A model generated the notes under the pieces. That model made no database searches and was not told where the DNA came from. It saw only the letters and a program-made list of their open reading frames with translations. Shown here one piece after another: positions 1-30,899 of a stretch of DNA of 64,000 bases. Source of the DNA: Antechinus flavipes (lineage: Eukaryota); NCBI RefSeq assembly GCF_016432865.1, contig NC_067398.1:725772001-725836000 (forward strand). Reading direction: 5' to 3'. The translations under genes were made by a program, and so were the position numbers. How positions within the stretch are numbered: position 1 is the first letter of the stretch; each line of letters opens with the position of its first letter.

Positions 1-299
1 ACCGATTGTTAATCTTTTTGTTAAATATCACATGCAAGAAAAAGATAAATGAAGGTGAGCTTGTCTGAGCAAAATTATGATTTATCAGTAGAGGTGCAAG
101 CTACCAATAAAGCAGCTTTCTTCATAGACTCAAAAAGTCAGAAGACCCCCAAATGAAGATGCAACATTTTTATAAGCATAGGACAAAGAACAGTACAAAA
201 AGAAAATAATTAGCCAGTATCAGAGGTGTGAGGGATCATAATTGGTTACTTTAAGGAAGGTGGTCATATGCATATGTAGTATTGAGACCACTTCTATCT

Positions 300-1640
300 C
301 TAAGGAATGCTTTTGTGAATTTTTATGGGTCCTAACTGTATCCTGACATCACGGATAGGGACCCAAGAATGTAGAAATGCTTGTGATTGGGGAGTAGATA
401 ATATCATCCTTGACAAGAGTAGGGCTCAGAAAGGTCAGTTAGTCCAGTTCTCAAAGATATTGCACAAACCTTGAAGGTGATGATGTTTTATGAGAGTACT
501 GAACCTCTAAAATAGAGTTTTTCTTTAACAGTGATTATTGCAACGTTTAAACCCTTGGCATTTAATTAGATAGAGAGTCTCAACCTTTGAACTCAGGAGC
601 TTCTTCAAACTGAGACAGAGGTTTAGCATATAGAATATAGTTACAGAACAAAATCACTTACAGAGTAAAATCAATTATAAGAAACAAAAATCAATATTAA
701 ATTTTCACTCTACAATGTTTACTGGGCCATGGGCATTCTATCCAGTGGCTCAATTGGTCTCTGCACACCAAAACATAGCTGTAGCCCAAAGATTTTGACA
801 ATTCAATAAAGAATCTGTAGATGTTCAAGTGGTAGAATTGCCTATTTCCTCTTATGTTCAAGTGGCAGAATTGCCTATTTCCTCTCACCTTTGTCACAAT
901 TTTCTTCCACATGATGGGCAAACTATAGCTGATGTATTAGTTCTAGGGTCTCAGCTCCCGTGTCCCTGATCATGGAGTTGTTGGCACAGAGGTGCTCTTT
1001 GGTGCCATGGAGAACCCATCTGCCGTGACCCTCAGGCAATCTCAGAGACCAGCCTCGAGTCTGGTGACCCCGACATCCATTTCAGCACCTGTGGCTAAGG
1101 ACGAGTACTCAGGGGGCTGACTAGTGCTAAGGCTGGGGTTGAGTGCTCCTGGAACTCCAGTGACCGATCTTCCCCTGCTGAGGGGTGATCTCTCTGAAGA
1201 TGTTGAGTGATTCTCCTCCTGTTGGTTGGCAAATATATAGAAAGTCCTCCATGTCTCAGTGCAGGCTCTGCATGTATTTGCTCTGAGGATGAACCTAAGC
1301 CTGGAGACATGATAGACTTTAGAGAAAGACCAGCGTGTAATCATGAGGCACCAGGCCAATTCTTTAAGGTCAAAATATTTTGGGTAAATTTTTTCAGGAA
1401 CTTAATCAGAAAGTAAACAATTTGGAAGAGCCTCATTAAGGGGGTTGGCTACCCACCCCAACTCAGCCAATGGGAAAATACAGCAGAGAGCTTTCTTGGT
1501 GGACCCTGAGCTTCTTTGTCTAACCTAATATATAAATCCTTTAATTTCCAGAATTTCTTTGGAATCTCATCCATGAGAGGATGCTCTGCTTGAGACCTTC
1601 CCAATAGAAACCTTGAAAGCGGGGACCTGGGATTCCCCAT
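300..1640 (-). mobile_element. Possible internally deleted ERV relic (gag-like MG start at 1640, env-like remnants)
   Basis: Broken minus-strand ORFs starting MGNPRS with retrovirus-like composition; weak. Confidence 0.25.
821..886. repeat. 33-bp tandem duplication
   Basis: ATGTTCAAGTGGYAGAATTGCCTATTTCCTCT at 821 and 854. Confidence 0.9.
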
Positions 1641-3483
1641 CTATTTGCTCAGAAGTTGCTTCTTCCTGAATTCATGATGCTTTTTCTTTTCTATTCCTTT
1701 TCTTTTTCTCGTTGCTATTTTGCTTATCTTTGTAATATTGGGTTGTTGAAATTGTATTATTCCACTTTTATTGGAATCATTAAGCTATTTTATGGTGACT
1801 TATTGCAGGAGCGAATCTGAACCACACAATCCCGTCATCAGACCCCTGTGTACTGAGAAGGGCGAGAGAAAACACCCTGGCTACACGCTAAGTGAAATGA
1901 GTCAGGAGACTCCTTTTGCAATCTTTAGCCAGCCGGTTGTTCCAGTTGGGTCCCAACTGTTGCCTCTTGCTCCTCATGCCGATCGTACTCCCCTCTCTTT
2001 GAGGAACTCGCCACCTTTTGTTGGAGCCTCACAATCAAAGGCTGTGGTTAATGAAGCGCCAGCGCCTTTTTCCCCGAATTCCCTCGCTTCCGGCCTAATC
2101 CCGTGAGCGTCGGCAGTTCCGGGTTTGGCCCCCTGCCTCCAGAGACCAGCCCGCCTTGGAGTACTTTTTAGCAGAGTCTTAAACTTTAGCCGTGGCCTGA
2201 CCGTCCCATCTCAGATTCACCCACGATGTGAGCCTACTGCCCCCCGGGGACGGCGTCCACGGCCGGGAGCATCAGCCTCCTTGGGGGCAATTCCAGTGAG
2301 ACGAGGGGAAGAGAGGGGCAGAGGGGCTGCGAGCCGCCTCTGTAACGGCCCATGGGGACAAAACCAGAGCCCTCTTGTGTTCTTGCTTTAGCCCAGGGCT
2401 GCAAGACTCCAGGAAAGCCCCCTCCCTAGGGAAAACACCTTATCAGCCCCCCCAAGGATCTGCCCACTTGACTGGGGTGGGAGGAGAGGAGCCTGTTGGT
2501 CCTTCATTGTCAGAGAGGACCAGCGACATCATGGGTAGCGGTCTTGGGCCTGGCTCTCTCCTCCAGGGACAAGGAAGTCCAGGGGCAGGACCCGGGATGG
2601 CCCCGCCCCTAACAGTGGAAATAAACAAGGTGGCAATGAACTAACCTTTGGGAGGAGAGGGGAGGCGCCGAGCCCCTGAATGCGCGGGGCGCTCAGGAAG
2701 GGGGAGCCTACGGGACCGTTCAGGATGCGGGGGGGGCTGCAGGGTTAGGGTAGCCAGTGTGGGAGCACTGGGGTGGGGGCAGGGGACAGGCGTTAATTAG
2801 GCGCCTTCCATGCCAGGCGTGCTTTAGGCCTTTCTGTTTGAGCCTCACAACATTGTCTGTCCAACACGCCACAGCCGCTTCTAGACTGGGGGCGGGGACT
2901 CGAAGTGGGGTTCAGGGAAGGCGGCGCCTTTCCCTAGTCTGGAGGAGGAATTCGGGGCTAAGCAGGGCAGGCCAGCACTTCAGGCATGCGCACATGAGCC
3001 TCGGGACTACATTTCCCAGAGACTCGGCCGATAACTCTCCCTGACTTCCGGGTGGAGTGCGTGGAGGGGGCTGCTCGGCTTCCGCGGTTTACGTCACTTC
3101 CATCCTCTGCTGGGTGGACTCCACTACGGCCTTGGCTGCAACCGCAGCCCGAGGCCTCGAGTCCAGGGTTGGGGTGAATCCGAGCTACACCCGCAGCCCG
3201 GCCGAGCGAAGAGAGCGGGAGAGCCAAAGCACCCGGCACAGGCTTCCGGAGCTTTTGGAAAGGGAGGCGGGGGAGGGGAGCCGCGCTTGCGCAGTCAGTC
3301 CTCTTCAAGGTGCTTCTGCAGCCACGCTCTCCCGCGAGGGGCGCGCCCATTGGTCAGCACGAAGGAGGTGGGTCAGTCTCGGCTCCAATCAGGAGCCACC
3401 TGGAAGACCTGCCCTCCGGGGGCGTGGCAGTCTTTCCCTCCAGCTGTTCTGCCCTCCCTCGTTTCACTTCAGTCCCGGCAGGG

Positions 3484-13186
<9,703 letters not shown>

Positions 13187-15011
13187 GTACTTAGAGTTCT
13201 CTCCTTCTTTGCCTTTAGATCATCACAGTTAAAAGCTTTCTTCCTGCATCTTTACTGTACATTTTCTGTTTTTGTTGTGTCTTGGCATTTTCCCCATACT
13301 CATTAAGTTGATTATTCTCCAAGATTCTGTCCTGGACTCCCTCTCTTTTCCTTATACTTGCTCTGTCGGGAATGTCCCCCAGCCCTTTTTGGGTAATTAG
13401 CATGTTAAAAACAAAAAGATCTTGTTGGGAAATAAGTAAAAGCCATGACAATGAAGGCACAGGGTGACCTTGAGCAGGGTTATGCTGGGCATTTTCCCTT
13501 TTTGAAATGGCCTTTAGGTTCAGAATGTCTAAGGATTTCCCATTATTTCCATTTTACTGGTGTTGAAATGGGGGGTTGACTGTTGTGGCAGCAGTGAGGA
13601 TTTGCCGTTCCTTTCATCTGAATGCGCCCACTGTCCTTCTGAGTGTCCTGCAGAACTCATTCTCCTGGCCTGGGGGGCTGGCCCGCTTCCCACTATCGCC
13701 ATGACCCTTGAGGACATCACCATCTGTCCAGTTTCCTAGGCTTGCACTCTTGACGTCATTGTACCATCTCCCCACTTGCCAAACTTGTTTCTTTCTTGAC
13801 AGCTCTGCCCTTTGTCCCCTGCCCTTCCTCCCACAGCCACTGCCCTCGTCCAGCCCTTGTCCCCTTCCTCCTGGATTACTGTAGCAGTCTTATGTTTTGT
13901 GTCACCGGCCCAAGTCTGTACTGTTCCACCCCCCACACAAAATTGCCAAAGCACAGTCCGAGGACACCATATGTCTTCTTCCTAGCAATTCCCTGTTTGA
14001 CCTTTACAATTCACTGCAACCTGATTCCTTCCTACTTTTCTAATCTTTTTCTATTTGAGTCCCCTTAAAGCACAACTTGCCTTTCCTTAAACCCAGTACC
14101 TTTTGTCCCCATACTGCCTTTTTCTCAGGCTGGGAAGGTTCTCCCTGTCATGCTGAGCCCCTAACCCTGGGTTCCATTAAGGAGTCACTAAAAGGCCTTC
14201 CCCTCTAAAATTGTCCCCCATCAGTTTGATATTGATATCATTCCTACTGATTTATCCATGCCTCCCTTTAATTTGAGTTTCTTCAGGGTAGAGACTGTTT
14301 TGGGGGGGTGGCACAGTGAGCATTTCTAAAAATGCTTCTTAGTATTGTAATGAATCAAATATCAGAGATTCAGTAGAATTTTTCCACATCTAAGGCTAAT
14401 GTCCCTCACCCTGTCCCCTCAATCATGCATGTCTTTTCTGTATCAAATTTTGCCATCTGGCACAAATATTGCACAACTCTGAACCTATTAAAAGGAAACG
14501 CCTTTACAAACGTTTTACTCATGCCTTTGGTCACTGCAGTCATTTCTAGAAGTTAACTTGCTCCTAATTCTCTCCTTTTCTGAACTTTGCTGTTTCTGTC
14601 AAAGGTCCAGGCTCCCAAGTTCCCAAACCCACAGCTCTCCCTCCCTCCCTGGAACTCCCAAGTCTAGTTGGTTACCAAACTCTATGGCCCTCCCTGCTTA
14701 CCTCTCTTGCACCCATGCACTTTTCCCTCTACCGCTCTGATTGCACTCCAGCACTCTCCCCCATCCTAATCCCCCAAACTCCTCATTGCTGTCCCTGTTT
14801 CCAGTGAAACTCTAGTCTGCTCAGGTCTGCTAAGCTGTGAGAGAGTAGGTGTCTCTGTTTAGCCCCAAGATCCCCAAACAGCCAGATTGGAAAGCCTTAT
14901 TATCTTCCCCCCCGACCCTGAGTGCGCAGGACTCCTTTTGGTTCCTGAACCTCTGGCAGCTTGGCAAAGTCTTTGGAGCCATCTGCGAAGGGTTGTATGT
15001 GAAAATGTAAA

Positions 15012-15070
15012 AACCAAATGCATGGGAGTGCAATATAGCTATATAACCAAATGCATGGGAGTGCAATATA
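15012..15070. repeat. 33-bp-period tandem duplication
   Basis: AACCAAATGCATGGGAGTGCAATATA at 15012 and 15045. Confidence 0.9.
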
Positions 15071-16689
15071 TGTATATACACGTACATACATGACATTTTA
15101 GTTTCCTGATGAAAAGAAATAGAATTTCTCTACCATACTGGCCTTCTGACTCAAGATAGTGCAAAGATCCGGGTTCAAGGATCTATATGAAGTTGGTGCC
15201 TGAGAATCTGGAATAAGCACGAGCCTTATTGCTGTCAAGTCTGAAACCAATGACCAAGTCACAGAGGTTACCACAACCGCAGTGAATCCTAAGAAATACA
15301 AACGGAAAAATACGGCCAATGGTGGTTATAAGCAGGAAGCCTTCTTTATTAGTGTTATTATTTTATGATTCCATGCCGCTCCTCCTCTGATACTAAGGAG
15401 ACCTCAGTGTGGCTGAAGCCCCTGACTCACTGCAGGGTTTCATGGCTGGTACGGGGTACCACAGGTACTGACCTGAGCTCAGGGACCCCCTGGGGCTGGT
15501 AGAAGCAGTTCTGGGATTTTGCTGCAGCCAGGTTCATCCAGAGGGTTATTATGCTGAGCTCTGGAAAAAAGAGGGGTGGTCCCGGTGTAGGGATCCTAAG
15601 CAGTGACACCCCCCCCCAAAGCACGCACACGCTATAGACAAGCTTGGCCCCGACCCCCGCTGGGGAGGGAGATGAATAAGGAGCAAAGCTGGGCGGAGGG
15701 GGGGGATGGGAGAAGGAGGGGGGGATACGTGCTCAGGTGGGGCTGAGCTAGGAGGCTCCATGCCTTAAGCCCCCTAGTGTGCGGAGGAACTTCAGCCATT
15801 TCCTTCAGCAGGGGAGCACGATTAGGATGGAAGTTTGGGGACATGCGCAACATTGGGGACCGCGGGGGCCCCATAGTGCCAGGAGTCAGGAAGGCTGGTC
15901 TCCGGGGCTCAGACGCTTCCCCACCGTGTGAGCCCCAGTTTCCGCATCCGTAAGACAGAGTCCGGAGAAGGGAATGGCCAACCCCGCCAGTGTCTCCACC
16001 AAGAATGCCCCAATGGCGTCGCTGAGTCAGACGACAAGCTCCCCCTCTTGGGCATCCTTAGGAAACTGCTCTCCAGTCCTACAAGCAGCACCTCGGAGAG
16101 CGCTTAACCCACGGCTCCCCGCAAAGAAGGCCTTCCTGGACAAGCTCCCCTCCTGCTCCTGGAACATTCCCCGCCAATGGGCTGCAAGCAGATTCTGCCC
16201 AATCTGCCAGAAAACGCTCCCAGGAGAGCCCGGAGACAGAGGCTTTAGGGAAGGGCCCTTGGTCTCCAGATCTTTCTCATGATCGGAGCAGCCTCTTCCT
16301 CCAGGGCCTTCTTTTTATCAGGCTTAATACCAGACTGGACGCTCAAGAAGGGGCCGCCCCAACACAGGAACCGAGGGCCGGGGATGATGTATGGGTCAAA
16401 GAAAGGTTTATCAGTGGGGGAGGGGCTGGGCCACGTGGCCAGGAGACGGTCATCTGCTCATGTGGGACAAGAAAAAATGATCCAGCTTTTCCTGTAATGG
16501 AGTCGCCCGTGCGGGGCGGGGCTTGGTCACCACACCAGGGATGCAGGGCTTCTTTGTAGCTTCTTCTGAGGAAGCAAGGGAACTTAGAATCTGCAGGTCA
16601 CGGCTCTGTATGATGGGGACTGGCGTAGGCTTGCTGGGCAGCAGGGAGGGTCCAGGGGACACGGATGGAGCTTGTGCTCAGTCCTCTCC

Positions 16690-23858
<7,169 letters not shown>

Positions 23859-24159
23859 ATCTGTTAAAAAAAAAAAAAAAAAGTGAAAAGGCCAGAAAAT
23901 AGAACTTATTTGCTTTCAGGTAATTCATACTAGAGTATAGCCTTTGATGGGTAAAGCCTTTTAAAGATAATGTGAGAAAGGTTTTATCTAGACTATACCT
24001 TGATATTTACAAAATTCAGTCTAGTAGGAAAAATTATAAATTCCTAATTTTTTAGTAGCTGTTATAAAATTTTTTCTCTCTCAAGTTCCCAACTACCTCT
24101 TTTTCTCTGTTCCCATACTAATTTCACTGAGAAAGTTATAGTTATCATTTTTTTTTTTA

Positions 24160-24850
24160 GTCCAGTCCTTTGATTAGTATTTTCCCCCCATTCTCATTTT
24201 TTAAATATATTTTTGGATGGTTTTTATTTTTACATCATTGTAATTTCCTCCTCTTTCTTTCTGGATCAAACCTGTCTTTGTGAACAAAAGAAAAACAATT
24301 ATGCAAATAGGGACCATATACAACAGCGCACAAGCTATTTTGAGATAGTTCATGAGCTTTGAGCTGCAGGAGAGAAGTTCTGTTTTGTGATCTCTTCTGG
24401 ATCTTCATTGGCTTTTTCATTTCTCAAAGCACACCTTCCTTTTCAGGATCTTTTCATTTCTATTGTTTTCATCCTTGTGTTACAGAATTATTTTCATCTT
24501 GCTTCTTTTGCTCTGCATAAATTCATACCAATCTTCCAATATTTCCCTGACTGCCTCATAATTAATCTATACTACACAATAATATTCCATTATAATTACA
24601 TTAACCATGGTAAATTGGGCCAATCCCAATTGGGCTTTTTCACTTTACTCTTCAAATATCCTCAGAATCATTCTCTATTTTCTCCTGGTCATAGAGGATT
24701 CCTTACAAATAAAAAATTCCCTGCCTCCACACAACACCCTGGACCACATTCTAGAGTTATCTCTTATACTCCTTCGATCTGTCTTCCAGTGGTTCCTTCC
24801 AAGCTGCTTACACACGGTCAGATATCATCAGTGCTTATTTGACCCACTTC
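24160..24850 (-). mobile_element. Old LINE-1 fragment
   Basis: T-rich L1 3'-like sequence. Confidence 0.5.
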
Positions 24851-25264
24851 CCTCTTGTTTCTAAGCCCCTAAGGTAGTCATCAGTAACCCCCTGCCCAAC
24901 ATAATGGCCTTTGATCAATTCTTATTCCCTCTTTTCCCTCTGAATTATTCATCTGTTTTCACTGCCTTGTACTTTTCAACTCTCTACTTCAACTTTAAAA
25001 ACATTCTGCTGGGTCTTTTCTGTCTTTTCTCTGATTTTGTTCTTTTCTCGATTCCTTAAATTGAACAATCCCCGGGGTTCTGCCTTTGGCCCACCTTTTC
25101 TTTCCCCTGTACTCCTCCTGTTAACAGTCTCATTCAGCTGTGCTAGGTTGACTAAAAAATAAAAGACAAATTGGCCAGGAAAGATCCCTAGAATGCTTTT
25201 CATTTGTTTACCAGTTTTTCAGTTACTTGGTACCCACATTCCTTTTATGGTAAATGCATTTACT

Positions 25265-26050
25265 TTGTAACAGGTATCTATTAAGCCCTTACTGTATGCC
25301 AGGCACTGTGCTAGACTCAGGGACACAAAGATTAAATTGATAAATCCCTAGCCTCTAGGAACTTACAGTCTACTGGGGGAAACACTATAGAAAATCTGTA
25401 CAATGTAAATACAGAACAGTGTCCAGGGATTGGCAGCCCCTTTGCGGGGGGTGGATATGAGGAGTTGTTCATGGATAAGGTGGTACTAGGAACTTTGACT
25501 TTCAGCAAGGATTTTGAGAGGCTGAGCAGAGGAAAGATCACATTTTAGGTTTTAGGGTTCAGCCGTTGCAAAGGCAGAGGGGCAGGATGGAGTGTCTTGT
25601 GGGAGGAACAGCAAGGCCAGATGGGCTGGACAAAATGGGTGCAGTGGGATACTGTATAACATGACAGGAAAGGCAGAGGAGGGCAAGTTGTGAAGTGTGG
25701 AGCCTGTGTTTGGTTCTAGAGGCAATAGGGATCCTTTGAAGCTTGTTCAGCAGGAAAGTGGTGTGATGGCAGTGGTCTGATGAATGACCCAGCTAAGAAG
25801 GTGGCCATTTGAGTGCAAGGAAAGACACCATCTGAAACAAAGGAAGAATTAACCTTATTTGGCAACTCATTACTTGGGGGATAGCCAGAGACTAAGGAAA
25901 ATCCTGATGCTTTGAACAAGACCGGCCTAGGAGATTGGAACAATGCTCTTGACACGATGAGATTTTGGAAGAGGCTGGGGTTTGGCAGAAGGAACAACAG
26001 TTCATTTTTGGAAATGATGCACTGGGGATGCCCCTAACCAGGGGATGGCT
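25265..26050 (-). mobile_element. L2 3' end
   Basis: TATTAAGCCCTTACTGTATGCCAGGCACTGTGCTAG...CTTACAGTCTA. Confidence 0.8.
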
Positions 26051-26859
26051 GTAGAACTGAAGCAAGGGAAGGTAGCAGGCTGGGCTGATGTCTGGAAACT
26101 GTTCCCATCTGTCACTGGCACCACATTCAATATCGTGTTTCCCAATGGGAGGATACCTGCTTATTTTCTCTTGTTTTCTGGCTCAGCAGCATTTATCTAA
26201 AGGAATATAGAAAATATTGGAACCTTAGATTCAGTAGACCAGCACAGAGAAGCCCACTCCCTGGAGCCTCCTTAGCAGGGAGAAACATGTTTGGGTTAAA
26301 CAAGAGGCGAACCAAGGTTCTAAAAAGCCAATGTAGTGACCTGGAAGAGGGAGTGAGGGTCTGATCCCTTGAAGTCGGGACTGGCCATAGGCAAGGCTTG
26401 GCTGTGGAGTCACTTTGTGGGGAGGAAATGTGTATTCTTCATGCTAATGAAAGAAGGGAGGGAAATGGCACCTCTAATTCTGGGAGAAGGGTGAAGGGTG
26501 ATCTGGGCTATCTTTGGTGGCGTGAGCTTACTCCCTAGCGGTGGCAGCTGGAGCTGTTGGGTGTACCCCTCTGTGATCTCAATAGTCAGGATGGAGGGAA
26601 TGGCAAGGCTTGAATTAACTCAGGTGATCTTTTAAATCCAATACTGCCCCCACTTTGTTCTGTCTACTGCCTCCAGGGCTATTCTTCCAATCTCCCATGC
26701 TCTCCAATCTCTAAGGTCCTTTTCACTCTCTTCCCTTTTTTTTTCTTTGCACACAATCATTCACACACACTCTCACACAGTTTCTCTGACTTGTCAATTT
26801 TATCTCATATGACTTTTCATATCTTTGTTGTTTCCACTGCTGCCTCCTTAGGAGATGTC

Positions 26860-27620
26860 TTCATTGGGACTGACATGATGCTGCCTCATAGTTTTTCCTA
26901 GTCCATTTTTCTCTGAATTTTTTCACATTTAGTATTACTTATAATGTAATATTCCATTACACTTATATACCATAATTTAAATAGCTGTATTTCCTAATTA
27001 ACGAATATGTTTCTAGTTCTTAGATACTACAAAAGCATCGTGAATTTCTTGTATACATGATACCTTTTCCTCTACCCATGACCTCTTTGGTGTAAAAGGT
27101 TATGTAGAGTTCAGTGATTTTTTTAGTATACTTCCAAATTGTTTTTGAGAATAGTTGAAACACTTCACAGCTCCATGAACAGATTTTTATAGAGACTGTT
27201 TTTAACATTTGCGATTTTTGTCTTTTGGCATTTTTTTCAAATCTGATGTGTGTGAGCTGAAATTTTAGAATTCACAAGAGTTCCCAGCAAAAGCTGGATC
27301 ATCACTTGTCAGATATGTTGTAGGGAGTATTTTTATTCAGATGTGGGTTAGAATACATGGTTTGAGTTTCCTTTCCATACCAAATCTTTTAAAGTGTTTT
27401 GTAAGTCTCAGCACACTTGCTACATACCAGTTTAATAGAAGTAAAGTTTTATTTCTGAAATTCAATTTGCATTTCTTTGATTACTGGATAATTTGACATT
27501 TTTTTCAGGTGCTTGTTGCTAACTTGGGCAGCATACAAATGCCCATTTGTACTCTGAAGAAGCGGGTCTTGCTTCTAGAATTTTCATATAATTTCCTTAC
27601 ATAATTTACTTTTTATGAGA
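26860..27620 (-). mobile_element. Old LINE-1 fragment
   Basis: ATACTTCCAAATTGTTTTTGAGAATAGTTG...AATTTGCATTTCTTTGATTA. Confidence 0.6.
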
Positions 27621-29656
27621 CCTAGAGAGAGGAAGCAGCTGCCCCCAGCATTTCTGAAAGACCCTTTGAATCTATAGTCAGGCAGGGCTTTGGCTCCTGT
27701 TTGTGACAAAGGTAAAAGTGATTGAGGTTTTCTGTGGTCCTCCAGCCCGATAATAAGCCATCTTTGGGCAATAGACGCTGTAAATACTGGAGTCCTTCAG
27801 GGGTGCAAGAGAGGAAAAGCAGAATGTGAAAAAGGGCTACATCCCTCCAGAGAAAGAGTCTTGGGAGATACTGTCTCATAATGATCGTCATCTTCTGTCT
27901 AGCGCAGACTTTTCACACTGGGTCCACCCTTGATCCAGAAAACTCTGTATCCTTTCTCTTTCAGGCAGTACCAACCATCCTTCCACTCTGTCTGAAGGGA
28001 AACCAGAAGCCATGAACCCCGGTTTCCTTCCTCTGCTGCCAAGGTAACCTTCATGGGACACTTGCCTGATGGAGAGGTCCACCCTTTCTAAGCCTTTGCT
28101 TCCTAATTACCACGTGCCTAACAATTCAGAGTCGTGAGCATTTATTACCACCTGCTATGTGATACCCACTGGGCAGAAAGAGAAAGACAAAAGTCCCAGT
28201 TCTCCAGGAGGAAACTCGGGCTAAGGGCTCCCATGCCCAAAGAAAGCAGCCGAGGGAAGTGCCCAAGGCTCTCTGCATGAAAGAACCTTCCTTTCTTGTG
28301 AGGGAGGACAGCCAGGGAAAGAATCTGGAGCTGGGAACCGTGGGAAAGGTGCCCTGAAGAGACAAGCATCTGTGAGAGGAAATGTGTGGGTGTAAGCACA
28401 TACATGTGTGTCCGAGATATATACAAAATAAGGCAATTATGGGCTGGGAGCATGGGAGAAATTGGAGCTTGGAAGAAGCCAGGGCTTCTAAGACGCTGGG
28501 GGTGTGGGGGTACGCCGGCCATGGGCATAGAGATAGAAGAAATGCTGCTGGGGAGACCAGAGACCAATTTGGCTCCAAGGTCCGTTAAGGATAGGAAGCA
28601 TTATGAAACTGGGAGAGGGCACATGTGAAGTTCTGCATTCCAGGTGCCCAAGAGAAGCAGGAGTGTGCACATGGCGTCCAGAACCTCTTCTCAGAACACC
28701 CATGGGCGTCCCTTCCAAGAGAGGATTACGGGGATGCTCGAGGCAGAGGGAACCATTAGACAGGGCTGTGGGTGGCCAGGGAGTAGAAGGAAGCAGGTGG
28801 ACAGGAGAGGTGTAAATAGAGAAAAGGGGGTATCCAAATAGGTTTGTGAGATGGAAGAGTCGAGTTAGGGAGGGCTCCAAGGCTGCAGAGCTGGGTGACC
28901 AGAAGGATCCTTGATAGTCCAGTTATCCCTGCCATCTTGACTTTGTCCACTGAGCTTTGATAGCTCATGGGTCAGCATAAGAAATTAAATAAGAAACTAA
29001 AGTGGAGTTTTGCAGAAGCTACAGAAGTGCACACAAAGGCTGGCAGACAACACAGAATGTGTTTAGAAAATCAGAAAGGCATAAAATAGATGTATAGTAT
29101 TGTGTAGCATTGATATATTTTAATACTATTATTCAGATTTTTCTGAAGGGAGGGCCAAAAAATTTTATGGGGATTTTCTGGATCATCAGGGCATAGCACC
29201 CCAATCCCCGTGATGTGGAAAGGATTATTGTAATAGGGAAAGGGAGAGACAATCATCAAATATGTTGAATTTGAGATGTCTACTGGCTTTCCAATTGGCA
29301 ATAAGTGATGTGGAATTAGAGTTCTAAGGAAAGAATAGGGTGCTTTTGATGGAGATGAGAATTAAATCCATGATAGGTGATGAAAACAATTTTCAAGAGA
29401 AAAAATTAGAGCTTTGTAAAAAATAAAAACCTAAAATAAAATAACAAAAGTTGGCAATAAAAATCTAGAAAAATGCTCAGATAACCTAAGTCCCAGAACA
29501 GAACACAGACTTTAAAATATTTTGATTATGATCTTGTTCATTGTACATTTTGTATATAGATCCGAAGTCCACTTCATTGGGGGGAGGGGGGGGCATGGTC
29601 CCTTTAACAAAGTGCCATTGATTCAGAGTTCTGCTTCAGTAGGTTTTTTCTTGCAG

Positions 29657-30160
29657 ATTAGACAATTTTGAAAATATTCCCACTGTAAAGACTGTGGGAA
29701 GGCCTTCAGCCTGAAAAGCCAACTTACCCAAACATAAGAGACTTCATAGTAGAGAGAAACCTTATGTATGTAATGAACGTGGGAAGTCACTGCATCAAAG
29801 TTCACAACTGTGTGTGTTACAGGATTCATGGGGAGAAAGAAAAATGATGAATCGGGGATGTGGGGAGGCCTTCCATGGGGGGACCCAACTCCACATCAAA
29901 GAAATTGCACAGGAGAAAACCCCCATGGTACATTCACACTGGAGAAAAGCCTTATGAACATCTCCAATGTGAGAATGCTTTTGTAGAAATCTCAGACCTT
30001 AGCAACAGGAAGTTCCTAGTGGAGGGAAACCTAATGAGTGTGAAAGGTCTTCCCGGAGAATTCAGAATTAGAGAACTGATGAAATCTCATGAATACATTT
30101 AATGTAGGAAGACAATAGAACAAACAACTTACTGATGATAAACCTTGTCGTAAGACAGAG
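29657..30160 (+). pseudogene. Decayed C2H2 zinc-finger exon (about 5 broken fingers)
   Basis: [34 protein letters not shown] remnants with stops and frameshifts, preceded by a TTTTTTCTTGCAG acceptor. Confidence 0.8.
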
Positions 30161-30249
30161 TGAGAGGTTACAAAGGGCTTTGTTCTATTTGAGTCCGGAG
30201 GCACCATCTCCACTCTCTCTGGAGTTTATTGTGAGGGACGTGGGGTCGT

Positions 30250-30535
30250 GATCAGACCCTATTTAGGAAGATCGCTTTAGTGGCTGGCTGGAGGATGGTT
30301 TGGAATGGAGAGAGACTGAGGCGCGCAGACTCCTCCATCCGCTATTGCAGCCATCCAGATGTGCAGTAACGAGGTTCCCTACCAGGCTGGATGAAGTGTC
30401 GGAGAAGGGGGCACTGAGGAGATGCTGCGGGGGAAATGATCAGCCCATAGCGGGTGAGGGGGAGGAGTTCGGGGTGACTTCTAGAGTGGGAGCCTCTGGG
30501 ACTGGGAAGAGGGATGTTCCATCACTGTCAAAGTG
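30250..30535 (-). mobile_element. L2 fragment
   Basis: GGAAGATCGCTTTAGTGGCTG...GGAGAGAGACTGAGGC. Confidence 0.6.
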
Positions 30536-30899
30536 ATCCTGAAACACTGCGAGGGCAGGGCTTGAATCCTGGTCTTCGCCATTCTCGCACAATGCAGACC
30601 GGCCCAGACCATGGCACTCGTAGTAACAGGAACACGCGGGGCTGCTTTAGGGGAGAGAGTCACCGGCTCAGTTTCCCGTGGGAGCCCCAGAGGTGTCTGG
30701 AAGGCGGTTGGAGACGGAAAGGCCACGAAGTCCCCGGGAAGCCGGACGGGAGAGCCGAAGTTCCCCACAGAGCCACGTGGGGCTCCTACTAAGGGCAGAG
30801 AGCAGGGTCTGGAGGATGCAGCAGAGGAGACAGGGATCTGCCGGTAGGAGGGCTAGAGTCGCAGGGATACAGTTAGGGCTGGAGGTGATGTCCCCAAAC

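Noticed and set aside
15098-15319. Minus ORF with a signal-peptide-like N-terminus
   Set aside because: No recognisable domain, splice partners or promoter; probably TE-derived
23866-23882. A17 run right after the gene B stop as a retrogene poly-A tail
   Set aside because: The gene has introns and fossil fingers continue beyond the run; it is more likely a simple A-tract and a source of internal priming
26170-26500. Possible KRAB-A relic (GAAAATATTGGAACCTT, ENYWNL-like) and a MAPLILG start exon
   Set aside because: The match is too short and the order (start exon after KRAB-A) is wrong
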